Below, one piece after another: positions 26,364-36,069 of a stretch of 61,841 nucleotides of DNA. The DNA comes from a virus (lineage: Duplodnaviria; Caudoviricetes). The stretch is from positions 1 through 61,841 of the IMG/VR virus record IMGVR_UViG_3300036859_000137; one strand, 5' to 3'. Position numbers and translations under genes: made by a program. The notes beneath the pieces are model-generated. The model saw nothing but the letters and a program-made list of their open reading frames with translations, was not told the DNA's origin and made no database searches. Numbering within the stretch: position 1 is the stretch's first letter; every line of letters starts with the position of its first letter.

Positions 26364-26909
26364 CTAGAACGGCAGGACCGCAAGATCACGGTTGACGAAC
26401 GTCCCGGTGTTCGAGACGACCTTGTACTTGGCCTGGAAGGTATTCGATCCGGCCACGAGGCCGGTGACCCGGAAGACCGCCCCGAGGCGAAGCCGGTTCG
26501 CGGCAGCCACCCCGGCGATGTTGATCGCGGAGGCGTCGGAGGCCGCGATGGACGAGGAGCCGGACACGGCGAAGCCCATGAACGTTCCGACGTTGATCGT
26601 GTTGTTCTCCATACCGGCCTTGATCGCCACCCATGCAGAGGTGCCAGTGGTCACCGTGACCGTGGGTCCGACCGTGCCGGAGGTGAGATCCGCGTAGCTG
26701 GTCGAGGTGGTCGTCTCGGCCGTGGCCACGGTGGCGGAGCCGGGGGTCCGCGCGGCAATCGCGTTCGCGGCCGTGGACACGAAGAACTGACCGGCGGCCG
26801 AAGCCTTGGCCGGAGCCGTCTCGTTCAGGTTGTCCCGAACGTACTGATTGAACTGAGCCGCCGAGAACGTCGCTCCTGCGACGGCCGTCATGGGCGCCGA
26901 CCAAGCCAT
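26364..26909 (-). CDS. Minor tail/fibre protein, paralog C
   Basis: MAWSAPMTAVAG..FNQYVRDNLN. Confidence 0.65.
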   Translation of the reverse strand: MAWSAPMTAVAGATFSAAQFNQYVRDNLNETAPAKASAAGQFFVSTAANAIAARTPGSATVATAETTTSTSYADLTSGTVGPTVTVTTGTSAWVAIKAGMENNTINVGTFMGFAVSGSSSIAASDASAINIAGVAAANRLRLGAVFRVTGLVAGSNTFQAKYKVVSNTGTFVNRDLAVLPF

Positions 26910-26911
26910 GG

Positions 26912-27295
26912 TTACCTCACCCCATGCTCTTCGTTCTCCTCGGCCAGCTGGGCGAGGGTCTGACCGTGCGGAACGTTGAACCGGACCGCGATCGGATGAT
27001 CCTGCGGATACCAGTTACGTGTCTGGGGAACCGGACGTTTCGAGAGAATCGCCATGATCTCGTGCTCCCGCCGGGGCCAGGCGATCCGGTCCGTGGTGAA
27101 AGCGCAGTTCGAGCACTGGAAGAACGGGATGCGTGAGTCCCTCGGTCCTCCCATACGGGACTGCCGGTAGAGGAACTCCACGTTGTTGCATCCGGCCGGA
27201 CAGTCCGCCACCCACTCCCCGCTGTAGACGTAGGCGAAGGCCGGACCGATGTCCGGGGGTTTCACAGGTATCGTCATGATCTTCTCCTCGTTCAT
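26912..27295 (-). CDS. Hypothetical tail-associated protein (Cys motifs)
   Basis: 'WVADCP..C', 'CSNC', 'RNW'; coupled to upstream tail gene. Confidence 0.6.
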   Translation of the reverse strand: MNEEKIMTIPVKPPDIGPAFAYVYSGEWVADCPAGCNNVEFLYRQSRMGGPRDSRIPFFQCSNCAFTTDRIAWPRREHEIMAILSKRPVPQTRNWYPQDHPIAVRFNVPHGQTLAQLAEENEEHGVR

Positions 27296-29715
27296 GTGCC
27301 GTAGACACCGAAGTCGAACACACCGGTCACCGGATCATCGAACGCGAACGTGGTGAAGGGCGAGTCTCCCTGGATCGGGTCGAAGATACCTTGATCGAAG
27401 CCTGCTCCTCGCACGTCGAAGCGGAACGGGTTGGCCGACTGGAGAGCAGCCTTCTCACACCCGAAGATCACCGAGTGGACCGGAGGGTGCCCCGGCTGGT
27501 TGAACCGCTGGATCGTGTGAGTGATCCGCTCGATGAAGAAGTCGTCGTCCAAGCCCATCTCGTCGTTGCGGATGTGGATCCGGTCACTGATGGTCCGGTT
27601 GACGATCTGGAGGAAGTGGGAGGGATCCTGAGTGATCACCCGGAGCTGCACCGTGGGGCGCCGCTCGGAGTAGCGGAGCAGGATCGCCCCGGCGATGGCG
27701 TCCGCGTCGTTGGCGTTCGCCCATGGCGCGTCGTCGGGGTATGCGCGCTCTCCGTGCACACCGATCGAGCCGGAGTCCTCCCGGTGCACCTTGATGTTCC
27801 GGGCCACGGTGATGGCCCTGGCCCGGACCTGGAGGTTCTGGAGTGTGACGCTGCCACCCACGGCCAGGATCGAGACCTTGACCGAGGCGCCCGATGTCCG
27901 GCTGAGCTGGATCTGTTCCGTACCGGCACCGGATTTGATGTAGTCCGTCACGCTCACGGGGGTGACCGCGTCGAGGAAAGGATCAGTGGTGCTGATCTCG
28001 ATCGTGGTGGACTGGCCGGAGGACAGAGTGATCGAGTCCTCGGTGTTCCAGATGGGGGTGAACGCGTCGTCGGCCGTCCGCTCCGACACGTCGAACGTGA
28101 CGGAGTTGACGATGTCCCGCCAGCCATGGGCATAGGTGAACGGTGCGGTGAAGTCGAGATCTCCCAGGTTGCTGTCCGCCACGGTGCAGTCGAACACGGG
28201 CCCCTGACTGAACGTGGCCTGAGCCGTGGTGGAGTGGGACGACTGGATCCGGTGGTGCCGGTCATGGAAGACGAAGGTCCCGTCCGGCGCCACGTAGGCG
28301 ATAGCCGGGGCACCCTCGGACTTGATCAGATCGTTGATCGCGGTCAGGGCATCGGTTCCCTCGGCCCACCAGAACTTCACGTATGTCGCGCCGACGTCGA
28401 GCTGCCGACCGGCCGTCCACCCGATCTCGTCCAGGATCGCGCCGATCAGCTCCCCGGTCCTCATGGCCTGGAAGACTTCCGTGGACAGGTTGATCCGGGA
28501 AAGATCGTTCAGGGCATCGAGGAACGTGAGCTCCACAGACCGGTCGTCCATGTCGGCCTTGACGTTGAAATCATCGATCCGGCCGGAGAACAGCGGGAAG
28601 ACCGTCCCGGCCCAGGTAACCTGACCCCGCATGGCCCGAGCCGGTTCGAGGGTGCCGTACAGGACAGACGCGGTCCACTCCGGGGAGTACTTCCGGCTCA
28701 CGTTGATCAGGGAGAACGAGGCACTCCCGACGGCCGCAGGGTTCAGCTGGCGGTCCTGGTCGCGGCCGTAACTGATCGAGACGTCACTGATCAGATCCTG
28801 TGTCGCTTCGTCCACTCCGCCGGTGCCCATGAGCCCGAGCATGAGCATCGCGGAGGACGCGGTGAAGTTCCCGTCTCCGTTCCAGTCGATCGCGAACGAG
28901 TAGTCGGGCAGGCCGCCGTCCGCGCACAGGTCCCACGGTCCGTTCGTCGTGGTGGTCGTGGCGCCCCGGCCCGCGAAGGTGATCGAAGCGACTCCGGCGA
29001 TAGCCGTTGCCTGGGAGGCCGTGTTCGCTGGCTTGAGAGCCAGGGAGATCCCCACCGAGCCGTACGTGACAGTATTGCTGGCCGTGGTGGTGCGCTGTGT
29101 CTGGAGCCCGGCCGTCAGGTCGGCATTCGAGTCATACAGCGCCATGGACGGAGCCGTGGAGACGCCATACGCCTCGTTGACCCTGGCCACGTCGGTACCG
29201 ACCGAATCGGTGAACGTCAGGTTGTTGTCCGAGACCGAGCCACGGAACGAGAGAAGCCAGTCATTCGGGGCCACGGTGGTCACCTGCGGGTGGGCGAACG
29301 CGGCGGCCGTCGAGGTGGTCGTGGATCCCTGGATCAGCTCGACCGGGGTCGACTGGTCCACTCCGGTGTAGGCCGCGATGAACCCGAACACCCACGGGTC
29401 ACCGGTGGGCCAGGCGTCAGTGTTGAAGGACATCGACTGCGAGGAGCCGAGTGAGCCATTGTCGATCCGGTGATAGAGGTGGACGTGCGGCCGTCCGGTG
29501 TACGGGGACGAGATCGACGTGCCAGCAGAGTAGTGCCCGAGCAGGGTCCAGCCGGACGGGGTCGAGGTCGGCCCGGTGTTGTCGTCGGTGACAACCGCCC
29601 ACAACAGCCAGTCGGTCGACACATGACCGACCGGCATGGAGAACGACTGCGGAGTGCCGGAGATCGACACGTCCGCCTTGGTCCGGGTGCCGACTGATCG
29701 GAAGCCGATAGCCAC
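27292..29715 (-). CDS. Minor tail (distal tail/hub-like) protein
   Basis: Immediately follows tape measure; 'ISYGRD', 'LFSGRID', 'PDGTFVFHDR'. Confidence 0.7.
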   Translation of the reverse strand: MAIGFRSVGTRTKADVSISGTPQSFSMPVGHVSTDWLLWAVVTDDNTGPTSTPSGWTLLGHYSAGTSISSPYTGRPHVHLYHRIDNGSLGSSQSMSFNTDAWPTGDPWVFGFIAAYTGVDQSTPVELIQGSTTTSTAAAFAHPQVTTVAPNDWLLSFRGSVSDNNLTFTDSVGTDVARVNEAYGVSTAPSMALYDSNADLTAGLQTQRTTTASNTVTYGSVGISLALKPANTASQATAIAGVASITFAGRGATTTTTNGPWDLCADGGLPDYSFAIDWNGDGNFTASSAMLMLGLMGTGGVDEATQDLISDVSISYGRDQDRQLNPAAVGSASFSLINVSRKYSPEWTASVLYGTLEPARAMRGQVTWAGTVFPLFSGRIDDFNVKADMDDRSVELTFLDALNDLSRINLSTEVFQAMRTGELIGAILDEIGWTAGRQLDVGATYVKFWWAEGTDALTAINDLIKSEGAPAIAYVAPDGTFVFHDRHHRIQSSHSTTAQATFSQGPVFDCTVADSNLGDLDFTAPFTYAHGWRDIVNSVTFDVSERTADDAFTPIWNTEDSITLSSGQSTTIEISTTDPFLDAVTPVSVTDYIKSGAGTEQIQLSRTSGASVKVSILAVGGSVTLQNLQVRARAITVARNIKVHREDSGSIGVHGERAYPDDAPWANANDADAIAGAILLRYSERRPTVQLRVITQDPSHFLQIVNRTISDRIHIRNDEMGLDDDFFIERITHTIQRFNQPGHPPVHSVIFGCEKAALQSANPFRFDVRGAGFDQGIFDPIQGDSPFTTFAFDDPVTGVFDFGVYGT

Positions 29716-32700
29716 TACAGCCGTCCCCTCCGCTTGAGCTGGTCGAATGCATCGACGAGCCAGTCCTGAAGCTCATGCCTCGAACCGATCACTCCGTGGT
29801 TCTCCAGGACGAGACGCTCGATTACCAGAGTGGTTCCCCCGCCTCCGGCCGCCGCGAGGGGGAGTCGGTCCACGAGACGCTCGAACGCCTCGGTCTGGCG
29901 CGGTGAGAGGATGCGCTCCGGCTTGTTCGTATTCTTGCCGATCCAGCCCCGCCACCGGGCGAGACCGCCCTCGTCGTACCAGTGCGGAGAGCGGGCCTTC
30001 CACTTCGAATAGGCGTTCATGGGGTTGCCGTACACGCTCTTGATGTACTTCAGACCCCACTTGATCTGCGTGGTCGGGTTGGTCCGCCAGTCAGCGCCCG
30101 CGCTCGCCATCTTCGAAGCGGGCAGTGACTGCGGGATGCCGTACGCCCCAGAAGACTTATTGAGTGCCTTGTAGTTCCAGCCGGACTCACCCATCCATAG
30201 CTGATACAGGGCTGGCCAGTTGCCACCGCCCCAGCCGTACAGGCTTTTCATGAGCAACTGCGCAGTCTGCATCGCCCTGGTCGGGTTGCTCGGGGCACCG
30301 AGACCGATGGCCCCGAGACCGGCGGAGAACAGTTTCTTGATCTTGCCGATGACGTCCTTGACCGAGTCGCCGGTTCCGTAGATGAAGTTTCCGACGTCCT
30401 TGAATCCGATCTTGAGACCGTGGAGCAGGCCCTGCATGAGCGCCTTACCAGCCGGAGTCAGCAACGTCTTGTCGAGGGAGAGCGGACCCTTGTGATCCTT
30501 GATCCATTTCGCGATTCCGCCGACCCACCCGGTAAGATCCTTCCAGATGCTCTTGAGCCCGCTCCAGAAACCGGACAGCACGTCGCGGCCCTTCTGGTAC
30601 AAGAGCTTTCCGACGTCACCGACGGCTCCGGTGATCGCTTTCCTACGCCCGGACACCCATGAGGACACCGTTCCCCAGATGGCCTTGAAGCCGTTGTAGA
30701 GACCGCTGATCGTGTTCCGGCCCTGCTGATACAGCCACTTCCCGGCGCCGGAGAAGAAGTTGATCGTCGGCCGGTAGATGTGGGCCATGAACCACGTGCG
30801 GATCGTGTTCGCGATGACCAGCTGTCCCCTGATCTGGCCCATGATCAAGGACTTGCCCGAGCTGTACAGCCACGATCCGGCATTCCGGAAGAACCCGGTG
30901 ACGGGCTTGAAGACGTGAGCGTTCAGCCATGTCCCGAGAGTGACAGCGATCTTCAGCATGCCGACGATCAAGCCCCGGATCAGGTCGACGCCCAGCACGG
31001 CCATGACCGTGGAGGGGGAGTGGATCCCGAACACGTTCTTGAAGAAGTCGACGATGCCGTGCCAGAGCGTCTTGAAGAACGCGGGGACGCTCTTGGTGAA
31101 GAACGTCGTGGCCCCGTGGAACAGCCCGGAGATCAAGTCACCCCCGGCTTTGTAGAGCACCTTGCCGAACCCTGTGGCGAACGAGGCGATCCGACCGGGG
31201 AGCTTGCTGAAGAACGAGGCGATGGCCTGTCCGGCGACCACGAACCAGTGACCGATGATTCCCGGCAGGCTGGCGAAGAAGTGGCCGACCTGACCAGGGA
31301 GTTTCGAGAAGAACGAGACGAAGCCCTTGCCGAACGAGACAGCGAAGTTGATCGTGGCATCGAATGCCTTCTTCGCGCCATCGCTGATCATTTTCCAGTG
31401 CTTGACGATGTACAGCACCGCCAGGCCGATCGGTCCACCGAGGATCGCGAGGAGCAGGGGCCAGTTGTGCTTGATCCAGTTGATCGTTGCCTTGAAAGCG
31501 GTCTTCACCCCTTCCCAGTGACGCACGATCATGGCCACGGCCAGACCGAACGGACCAGTCAAGATCGTGAAAACAACGATTTGCCAGTTGTTCTTGAGCC
31601 AGTGGACAAAGCCCAGGGTGACCGTTTTGACAAAGCCCCAGACGGCGGCCCACAGCTTCTGGAAGAACTTCGTCTTGGTCGCCAGGAGCACGATGCCCGC
31701 GACCACGGCCACGATCGCAACCACGATCCAGGTGAGCGGGTTGGCCAGGATCGCGGCGGCCAGTCCCCAGAAGGCGGCGGACGTGATCGCGGTCCAGATC
31801 GCGACGAGACGCTCTTGTACCCACAGCGCGGCGAGCTGGACTCTCATGATCATCAGGGAATCTGTCTGCGCCATGGTCGCGATGGTCCACGCCACCTGAG
31901 CGGCAGCGGCCACCGCCGCTCCGGCCGCCCACAGCTTGCTGATCACGTAGGCGGCGGAGAGTGCCGTGACGAGTCCGAGGATGCCGAAGACGAGCGCAAG
32001 CGTGACGTTCTTGTGTTCGGTGAAGAGCTTGACGATCCGGAGCACCACCGGGATCAGCTTGGATCCGATGTTGATGAACAGCACCTGGATCCGCTGCTTC
32101 GCCATGTCGAGCTGGACGTTCAGGAGGTTCTGCGTGATCTTCCAGCCTTCGACGTCCTTCGATGCGTTGTGGAATGACTCCCCGACTTTCTTGACTCGTT
32201 CCTTGTTCCCCTCGGCACTCTCCCCGGTGAGCTGAAGCACGGTGTTCAGGCCGATGGCTCCACCGGCCATTTTCTTGATCGCATCGGTGTACGTCTTGGC
32301 GGCCGGACCGCCGCTCTTCAATTCCCGGCTGAAGCCCTTTGAACGGTTCACGAGGGTCTGGAAGTTGCGGAGCATCGGCTGCTGATCAACGGCCGCCCCC
32401 TTGATCGTCGCCTTCCAGTCGTCCGCCTCGATCTTGCCGGACAGGAACCCCTTGGCAGCCTTCTGGAGTTCCGGAGGCATCTTGCTGATCATGATCCGAG
32501 CGTCCTCGGCCGACTGCTTCGTACCTTCGAACGCGCTCAGAAGGATCTTTCCACTCGGTCCCATCTTGGAAAGGATCGTGGTCGTCAGAAGATCAAAAGT
32601 TCCGGTCAGACCGCGCTTGCCGAGCTTCTGGGAAACGTCGGTGGCGGACAGACCGAAACGGGCCATCTCGCGCTGGGCGACCATGTTCGGAGCCGCCAGG

Positions 32701-33428
32701 GCCCGGATGGTCGCGGCCAGTTCGTGAGTCGCCTCACGGGCGCTGGTGCCGTGCTGGGTCAGGGTGGCCATGGATCCGGCCACCTGCTCAAAGCTGATCT
32801 TATTAGCGGAGGCGATCGGGAGCACCGTGGACAGGGCACCCGAGAACTCCTCCATCGTGATCTTGCCCTCACCAGCGGCGGTTTTCATCGCGTTCATCAC
32901 GCGAGTCGAGTCCGTGGCCTTGAGGTGGTAGCTGGCCATCACGGAGGTCATGGCATTGGTCACATCGGCGAGGTTGGCGTTTTCCTCGCGCGCTCCCTGG
33001 GCTGCGGCTTTGAGCACCTTGAGACCGTTGGAGCCACGGAACCCGGCCTTTTCAATGGTGTACATGCCATCGGTCAGGTTCTTGATCCCCGTGCCGGTCC
33101 CCTCGGAGATCGACAGGATGCCCTTGCGGACGACCTTGAGTCCGTCGGCCGTCTCACCGGCGGCGGTCTGGAGCACGGCCGTGTGAGCCTCGAAGTCACC
33201 GGCCATTTTAACCGAGGCAGCAGCGACGCCGAGACCGACGAGGGATGCACCCTTGCCGATCCTGGCCATGGACGCGCCGACCGTAGCAGCCGACCGGCGC
33301 AGCCCAGCGGCAGATCCGTCGAGCTGGCGGTTAGCGATCTTGAGGTCGGCCGCAAGCTGCCGACCCCACTTCCGGAAGTCCGGAAGGATCTCGATCAGTC
33401 CCCGGCCAACGACTGAAGTCTCAGCCAT
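29715..33428 (-). CDS. Tape measure protein with C-terminal lytic transglycosylase-like domain
   Basis: 1237 aa, Ala/Gly-rich with aromatic periodicity; 'ESGWNYKALNKSSGAYGIPQSLP...NPTTQIKWGLKYI'. Confidence 0.9.
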   Translation of the reverse strand: MAETSVVGRGLIEILPDFRKWGRQLAADLKIANRQLDGSAAGLRRSAATVGASMARIGKGASLVGLGVAAASVKMAGDFEAHTAVLQTAAGETADGLKVVRKGILSISEGTGTGIKNLTDGMYTIEKAGFRGSNGLKVLKAAAQGAREENANLADVTNAMTSVMASYHLKATDSTRVMNAMKTAAGEGKITMEEFSGALSTVLPIASANKISFEQVAGSMATLTQHGTSAREATHELAATIRALAAPNMVAQREMARFGLSATDVSQKLGKRGLTGTFDLLTTTILSKMGPSGKILLSAFEGTKQSAEDARIMISKMPPELQKAAKGFLSGKIEADDWKATIKGAAVDQQPMLRNFQTLVNRSKGFSRELKSGGPAAKTYTDAIKKMAGGAIGLNTVLQLTGESAEGNKERVKKVGESFHNASKDVEGWKITQNLLNVQLDMAKQRIQVLFINIGSKLIPVVLRIVKLFTEHKNVTLALVFGILGLVTALSAAYVISKLWAAGAAVAAAAQVAWTIATMAQTDSLMIMRVQLAALWVQERLVAIWTAITSAAFWGLAAAILANPLTWIVVAIVAVVAGIVLLATKTKFFQKLWAAVWGFVKTVTLGFVHWLKNNWQIVVFTILTGPFGLAVAMIVRHWEGVKTAFKATINWIKHNWPLLLAILGGPIGLAVLYIVKHWKMISDGAKKAFDATINFAVSFGKGFVSFFSKLPGQVGHFFASLPGIIGHWFVVAGQAIASFFSKLPGRIASFATGFGKVLYKAGGDLISGLFHGATTFFTKSVPAFFKTLWHGIVDFFKNVFGIHSPSTVMAVLGVDLIRGLIVGMLKIAVTLGTWLNAHVFKPVTGFFRNAGSWLYSSGKSLIMGQIRGQLVIANTIRTWFMAHIYRPTINFFSGAGKWLYQQGRNTISGLYNGFKAIWGTVSSWVSGRRKAITGAVGDVGKLLYQKGRDVLSGFWSGLKSIWKDLTGWVGGIAKWIKDHKGPLSLDKTLLTPAGKALMQGLLHGLKIGFKDVGNFIYGTGDSVKDVIGKIKKLFSAGLGAIGLGAPSNPTRAMQTAQLLMKSLYGWGGGNWPALYQLWMGESGWNYKALNKSSGAYGIPQSLPASKMASAGADWRTNPTTQIKWGLKYIKSVYGNPMNAYSKWKARSPHWYDEGGLARWRGWIGKNTNKPERILSPRQTEAFERLVDRLPLAAAGGGGTTLVIERLVLENHGVIGSRHELQDWLVDAFDQLKRRGRL

Positions 33429-33787
33429 CAGACGTTCGCTCCCATCGCGCGCATGGCGGCAAGTGATGCCTGCGACGCCTCTTCGTCACCCGCCCACCAG
33501 GACGGAGCGCCTTCCTCGATCTCCACTTCTGCGTACTTGTTGCCCTGCCCGGGAACCTGCCACCGGGCCACCCCCAGCCACGAATCAAGCTCCCGCCGGG
33601 AAGCCGTCACATCACCGTCGTCATCCGGCTTCAGTCTCTGGGTCATCGAGTAATAGACGAAGTCCAAGAACTGATCGAACGGAAGATCCAGAAGATCTAC
33701 GCCCCGGCCGGAACACTCACCGTTGAGTTCGTGCCAGACGCGGGGTTCGAGGACCCAGGAGACGAGTCCTCCGCAGACGTCGGGGGG
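33428..33787 (-). CDS. Tail assembly chaperone, frameshifted (GT) extension
   Basis: Overlaps upstream chaperone in -1 frame, directly before tape measure; 5' boundary approximate. Confidence 0.7.
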   Translation of the reverse strand, partial: PPDVCGGLVSWVLEPRVWHELNGECSGRGVDLLDLPFDQFLDFVYYSMTQRLKPDDDGDVTASRRELDSWLGVARWQVPGQGNKYAEVEIEEGAPSWWAGDEEASQASLAAMRAMGANV

Positions 33788-34116
33788 CGCATCCCGTACT
33801 CCCCCATGATCCATTCGAGAACCTCGTTCACCTGAGGAAGCTCGATCGGCGGCTGGCCGGTGGAGCTGACGGCGTCCGGGTTCGCCGGGTCTTTCATGCG
33901 GTCCTGGAATCGCTTGAAGCTGTCCGGCAGGAGCACGAGTTCCAGGGACTCGCGCATCGTGTCGAACCCCTGCTGAGCAGAAATGTCCTCTCCGAGGGAA
34001 TCGACCTTGAGCGTGAAGTCGATCATGGTCTGAGCCGCGAGGTGCGGCTTTCCCCGGAAGACGTCATTGTCGATCTTGAATTCCACTACGCGTGGCTGCC
34101 TGCTGAAGTCCTTCAT
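33697..34116 (-). CDS. Tail assembly chaperone (G)
   Basis: Position upstream of tape measure; ends '..EYGMRPPTS..'. Confidence 0.75.
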   Translation of the reverse strand: MKDFSRQPRVVEFKIDNDVFRGKPHLAAQTMIDFTLKVDSLGEDISAQQGFDTMRESLELVLLPDSFKRFQDRMKDPANPDAVSSTGQPPIELPQVNEVLEWIMGEYGMRPPTSAEDSSPGSSNPASGTNSTVSVPAGA

Positions 34117-34159
34117 GTCGATCACCGTAGCGACCGAAAGACCATGATCTTTCCGGAGC

Positions 34160-34341
34160 CGTTATGCATGGCCCGGTATGAACATACGGTCACCATCGGT
34201 AAGAATAAGAAGAGTTACCAATACGTAGGGTAAGAAAACCCCTGTGCGGCCGTCTAACGAGATCCTTTAGGGTCGGTGGTATCCCTGGTCGCAGGGTAAG
34301 ATCAAAAGAGTTTCGCCTGGTCAGAGAGTGGTTTTATCAAA
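34160..34341 (+). repeat. Dispersed conserved non-coding element, copy 2 of 3
   Basis: Same core as 9451-9607; interrupts structural gene cluster. Confidence 0.9.
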
Positions 34342-34392
34342 ACGGACATAGCGGATATCACCATGATCTGTATAAAACCTCGGGCGAGGTAT

Positions 34393-34761
34393 CTAGAACT
34401 TGGACGCTTCCAGGGCCTTGAGCAGGAAGTTGTTCGGGTGCTGGTTGCCAGGGTGGTGAACCTCGCGCCGGTAGAAGACCTCACCGTTGATCTTGAACCT
34501 GAGCTTCCCGCCCTTTTTCTTCGCCTTGATCACGTGCGGCCTCGTTTTGTAGATCACGAAAGTGGTCGCTGGGTGATCGCTGATCACGAGACCGAGACCG
34601 GCGGAGGGGATCGCCCGGATGTGCTCTTTCATGGACCCCGGCGCCATGGTGCGCGCGAGGAGAGCGACGCGCTCCGTGGTCTGCACCACGAGGACGGCCG
34701 ACGCCCGGCCGCGTAGCGCCATCATCTTGGCGGAATTCACCGTGATGAAGTCAGCTGGCAT
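34393..34761 (-). CDS. Head-tail completion protein (HK97 gp10-like)
   Basis: 'TRPHVIKAK..KLRF...VHHPG..PNNFL..AL'. Confidence 0.65.
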   Translation of the reverse strand: MPADFITVNSAKMMALRGRASAVLVVQTTERVALLARTMAPGSMKEHIRAIPSAGLGLVISDHPATTFVIYKTRPHVIKAKKKGGKLRFKINGEVFYRREVHHPGNQHPNNFLLKALEASKF

Positions 34762-34765
34762 GTGA

Positions 34766-35275
34766 TCACCCCACCACGAGCCCGGCGTACAGATACAGCT
34801 CGGATCCGTCGCATCCGCCCTCGGGACCGAGCATGAGCTGTGAGCGGACGAAATAGTCGAACCGGTTGGGAACGCTGGCCTTGAGCGCGCACAGCGCCAC
34901 GGAGACCGAGTGCCTGATCTGATTGGCATCGATCATGTTCTGCCTGGCGTGTTTGCTCAGGGTGTCCGTGCTCGGGGCGGTCTGCCCGTTGAGCGCCTGC
35001 GGGGCACACCGGACGATCTGAACAGTGATCTCCGCCAGCTCGTACGGCGGGGCGCAGTCGGTTGAGTCACCGGTGAGCGTGACCGCTTCCGTGGGGAAGC
35101 TCTCCGTGGGAGCAACCCGGGTCAGGCTCACCGCGAGTTGTCCAGCACAGCAGTCGTCCCAGGCGATCTGTCCCGTGGTGATCAAATACCGGGTCGCTGG
35201 AACGCTGAGCCCGTTCTGCGCAGCCGTGAGGATCGCCGAACAGACGGTGTACCACTTGTCGTCACCACTGATCAT
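34766..35275 (-). CDS. Tail terminator-like protein
   Basis: 'IAWDDCC.GQL', 'IVRC', 'GPEGGC'; position after adaptor. Confidence 0.6.
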   Translation of the reverse strand: MISGDDKWYTVCSAILTAAQNGLSVPATRYLITTGQIAWDDCCAGQLAVSLTRVAPTESFPTEAVTLTGDSTDCAPPYELAEITVQIVRCAPQALNGQTAPSTDTLSKHARQNMIDANQIRHSVSVALCALKASVPNRFDYFVRSQLMLGPEGGCDGSELYLYAGLVVG

Positions 35276-36060
35276 GTTCCGGTCCTCCGGTGCGGCACCC
35301 GGTCCACAGAGATCACCCGGCCGCGCTGCATGATCTTCTTCGGGTTGGCCGCGCTCAGGAACATGTCGACGAGATAGAGCCCCGTCTTCCCGTCCCGGAA
35401 AAGATCACCGATGTCCGGAATGGAGATCGAGACCCCCTGACGGGTGAGCTGGGTCACCCCCGGCGGGAGTCGGCACTCCTCGCCGTTCATAGCCTTCAGA
35501 ATCTCGCAGGCGAGTTCACCCATGGCGACCTCGCCCATCTTCGGGACCGGCTGACCGTAGACCGCCGTCACGGACCATGTCCCGGCCTGCGTGTCGTCCT
35601 TGCTCAGATCGTTGCACCGGGGCCACTGCTGGCCGTCGGTGCGGACCAGGATCCGGTTGTTGTCGAGCCGGTACGAACCGGTCGGAGCGGTCGCGCCGTC
35701 GAGCTTGACGGACACGATCGACTGGACCGGGGAGGGAAGGAGCACCTCGCTGATCTGCGTGCACGAGCAGGTCCCCCAGCATGCACCGCATCCCAGGGAG
35801 AACCACGGGTAGGACGATCCTGCGTAGTCCCAATAGGACGTCCAGGGAGCCCCGTAGACGTTCCACCAGGCATCGTCATAGCACTCCTTCCGGCACGGCC
35901 GGAGCGTCGTGGTGCACGTCCCGAACTGGCGGCCGGACAGCGACCACAAGACGTAGGTCGCTGCCGTGACAGCCGCGCCGGTGGCGGTCGGCGACTCCGT
36001 GGAGACATCACAGATCCATCGCACCGGCCAATCGGCGCACGGTCCGAAGTCGGTGGTCAT
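35272..36060 (-). CDS. Head-to-tail adaptor
   Basis: 'LWSLSGRQFG.C...RPC', 'LACE', 'CRLP..V..L.RQGVS', 'TGL..VD.F....NP'. Confidence 0.75.
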   Translation of the reverse strand: MTTDFGPCADWPVRWICDVSTESPTATGAAVTAATYVLWSLSGRQFGTCTTTLRPCRKECYDDAWWNVYGAPWTSYWDYAGSSYPWFSLGCGACWGTCSCTQISEVLLPSPVQSIVSVKLDGATAPTGSYRLDNNRILVRTDGQQWPRCNDLSKDDTQAGTWSVTAVYGQPVPKMGEVAMGELACEILKAMNGEECRLPPGVTQLTRQGVSISIPDIGDLFRDGKTGLYLVDMFLSAANPKKIMQRGRVISVDRVPHRRTGT

Positions 36061-36069
36061 GATCGCCCC

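Noticed and set aside
24911-26909. Paralogous tail genes as a diversity-generating retroelement or invertible cassette
   Set aside because: No reverse transcriptase or invertase in the window; divergence spans the whole length and all are co-oriented
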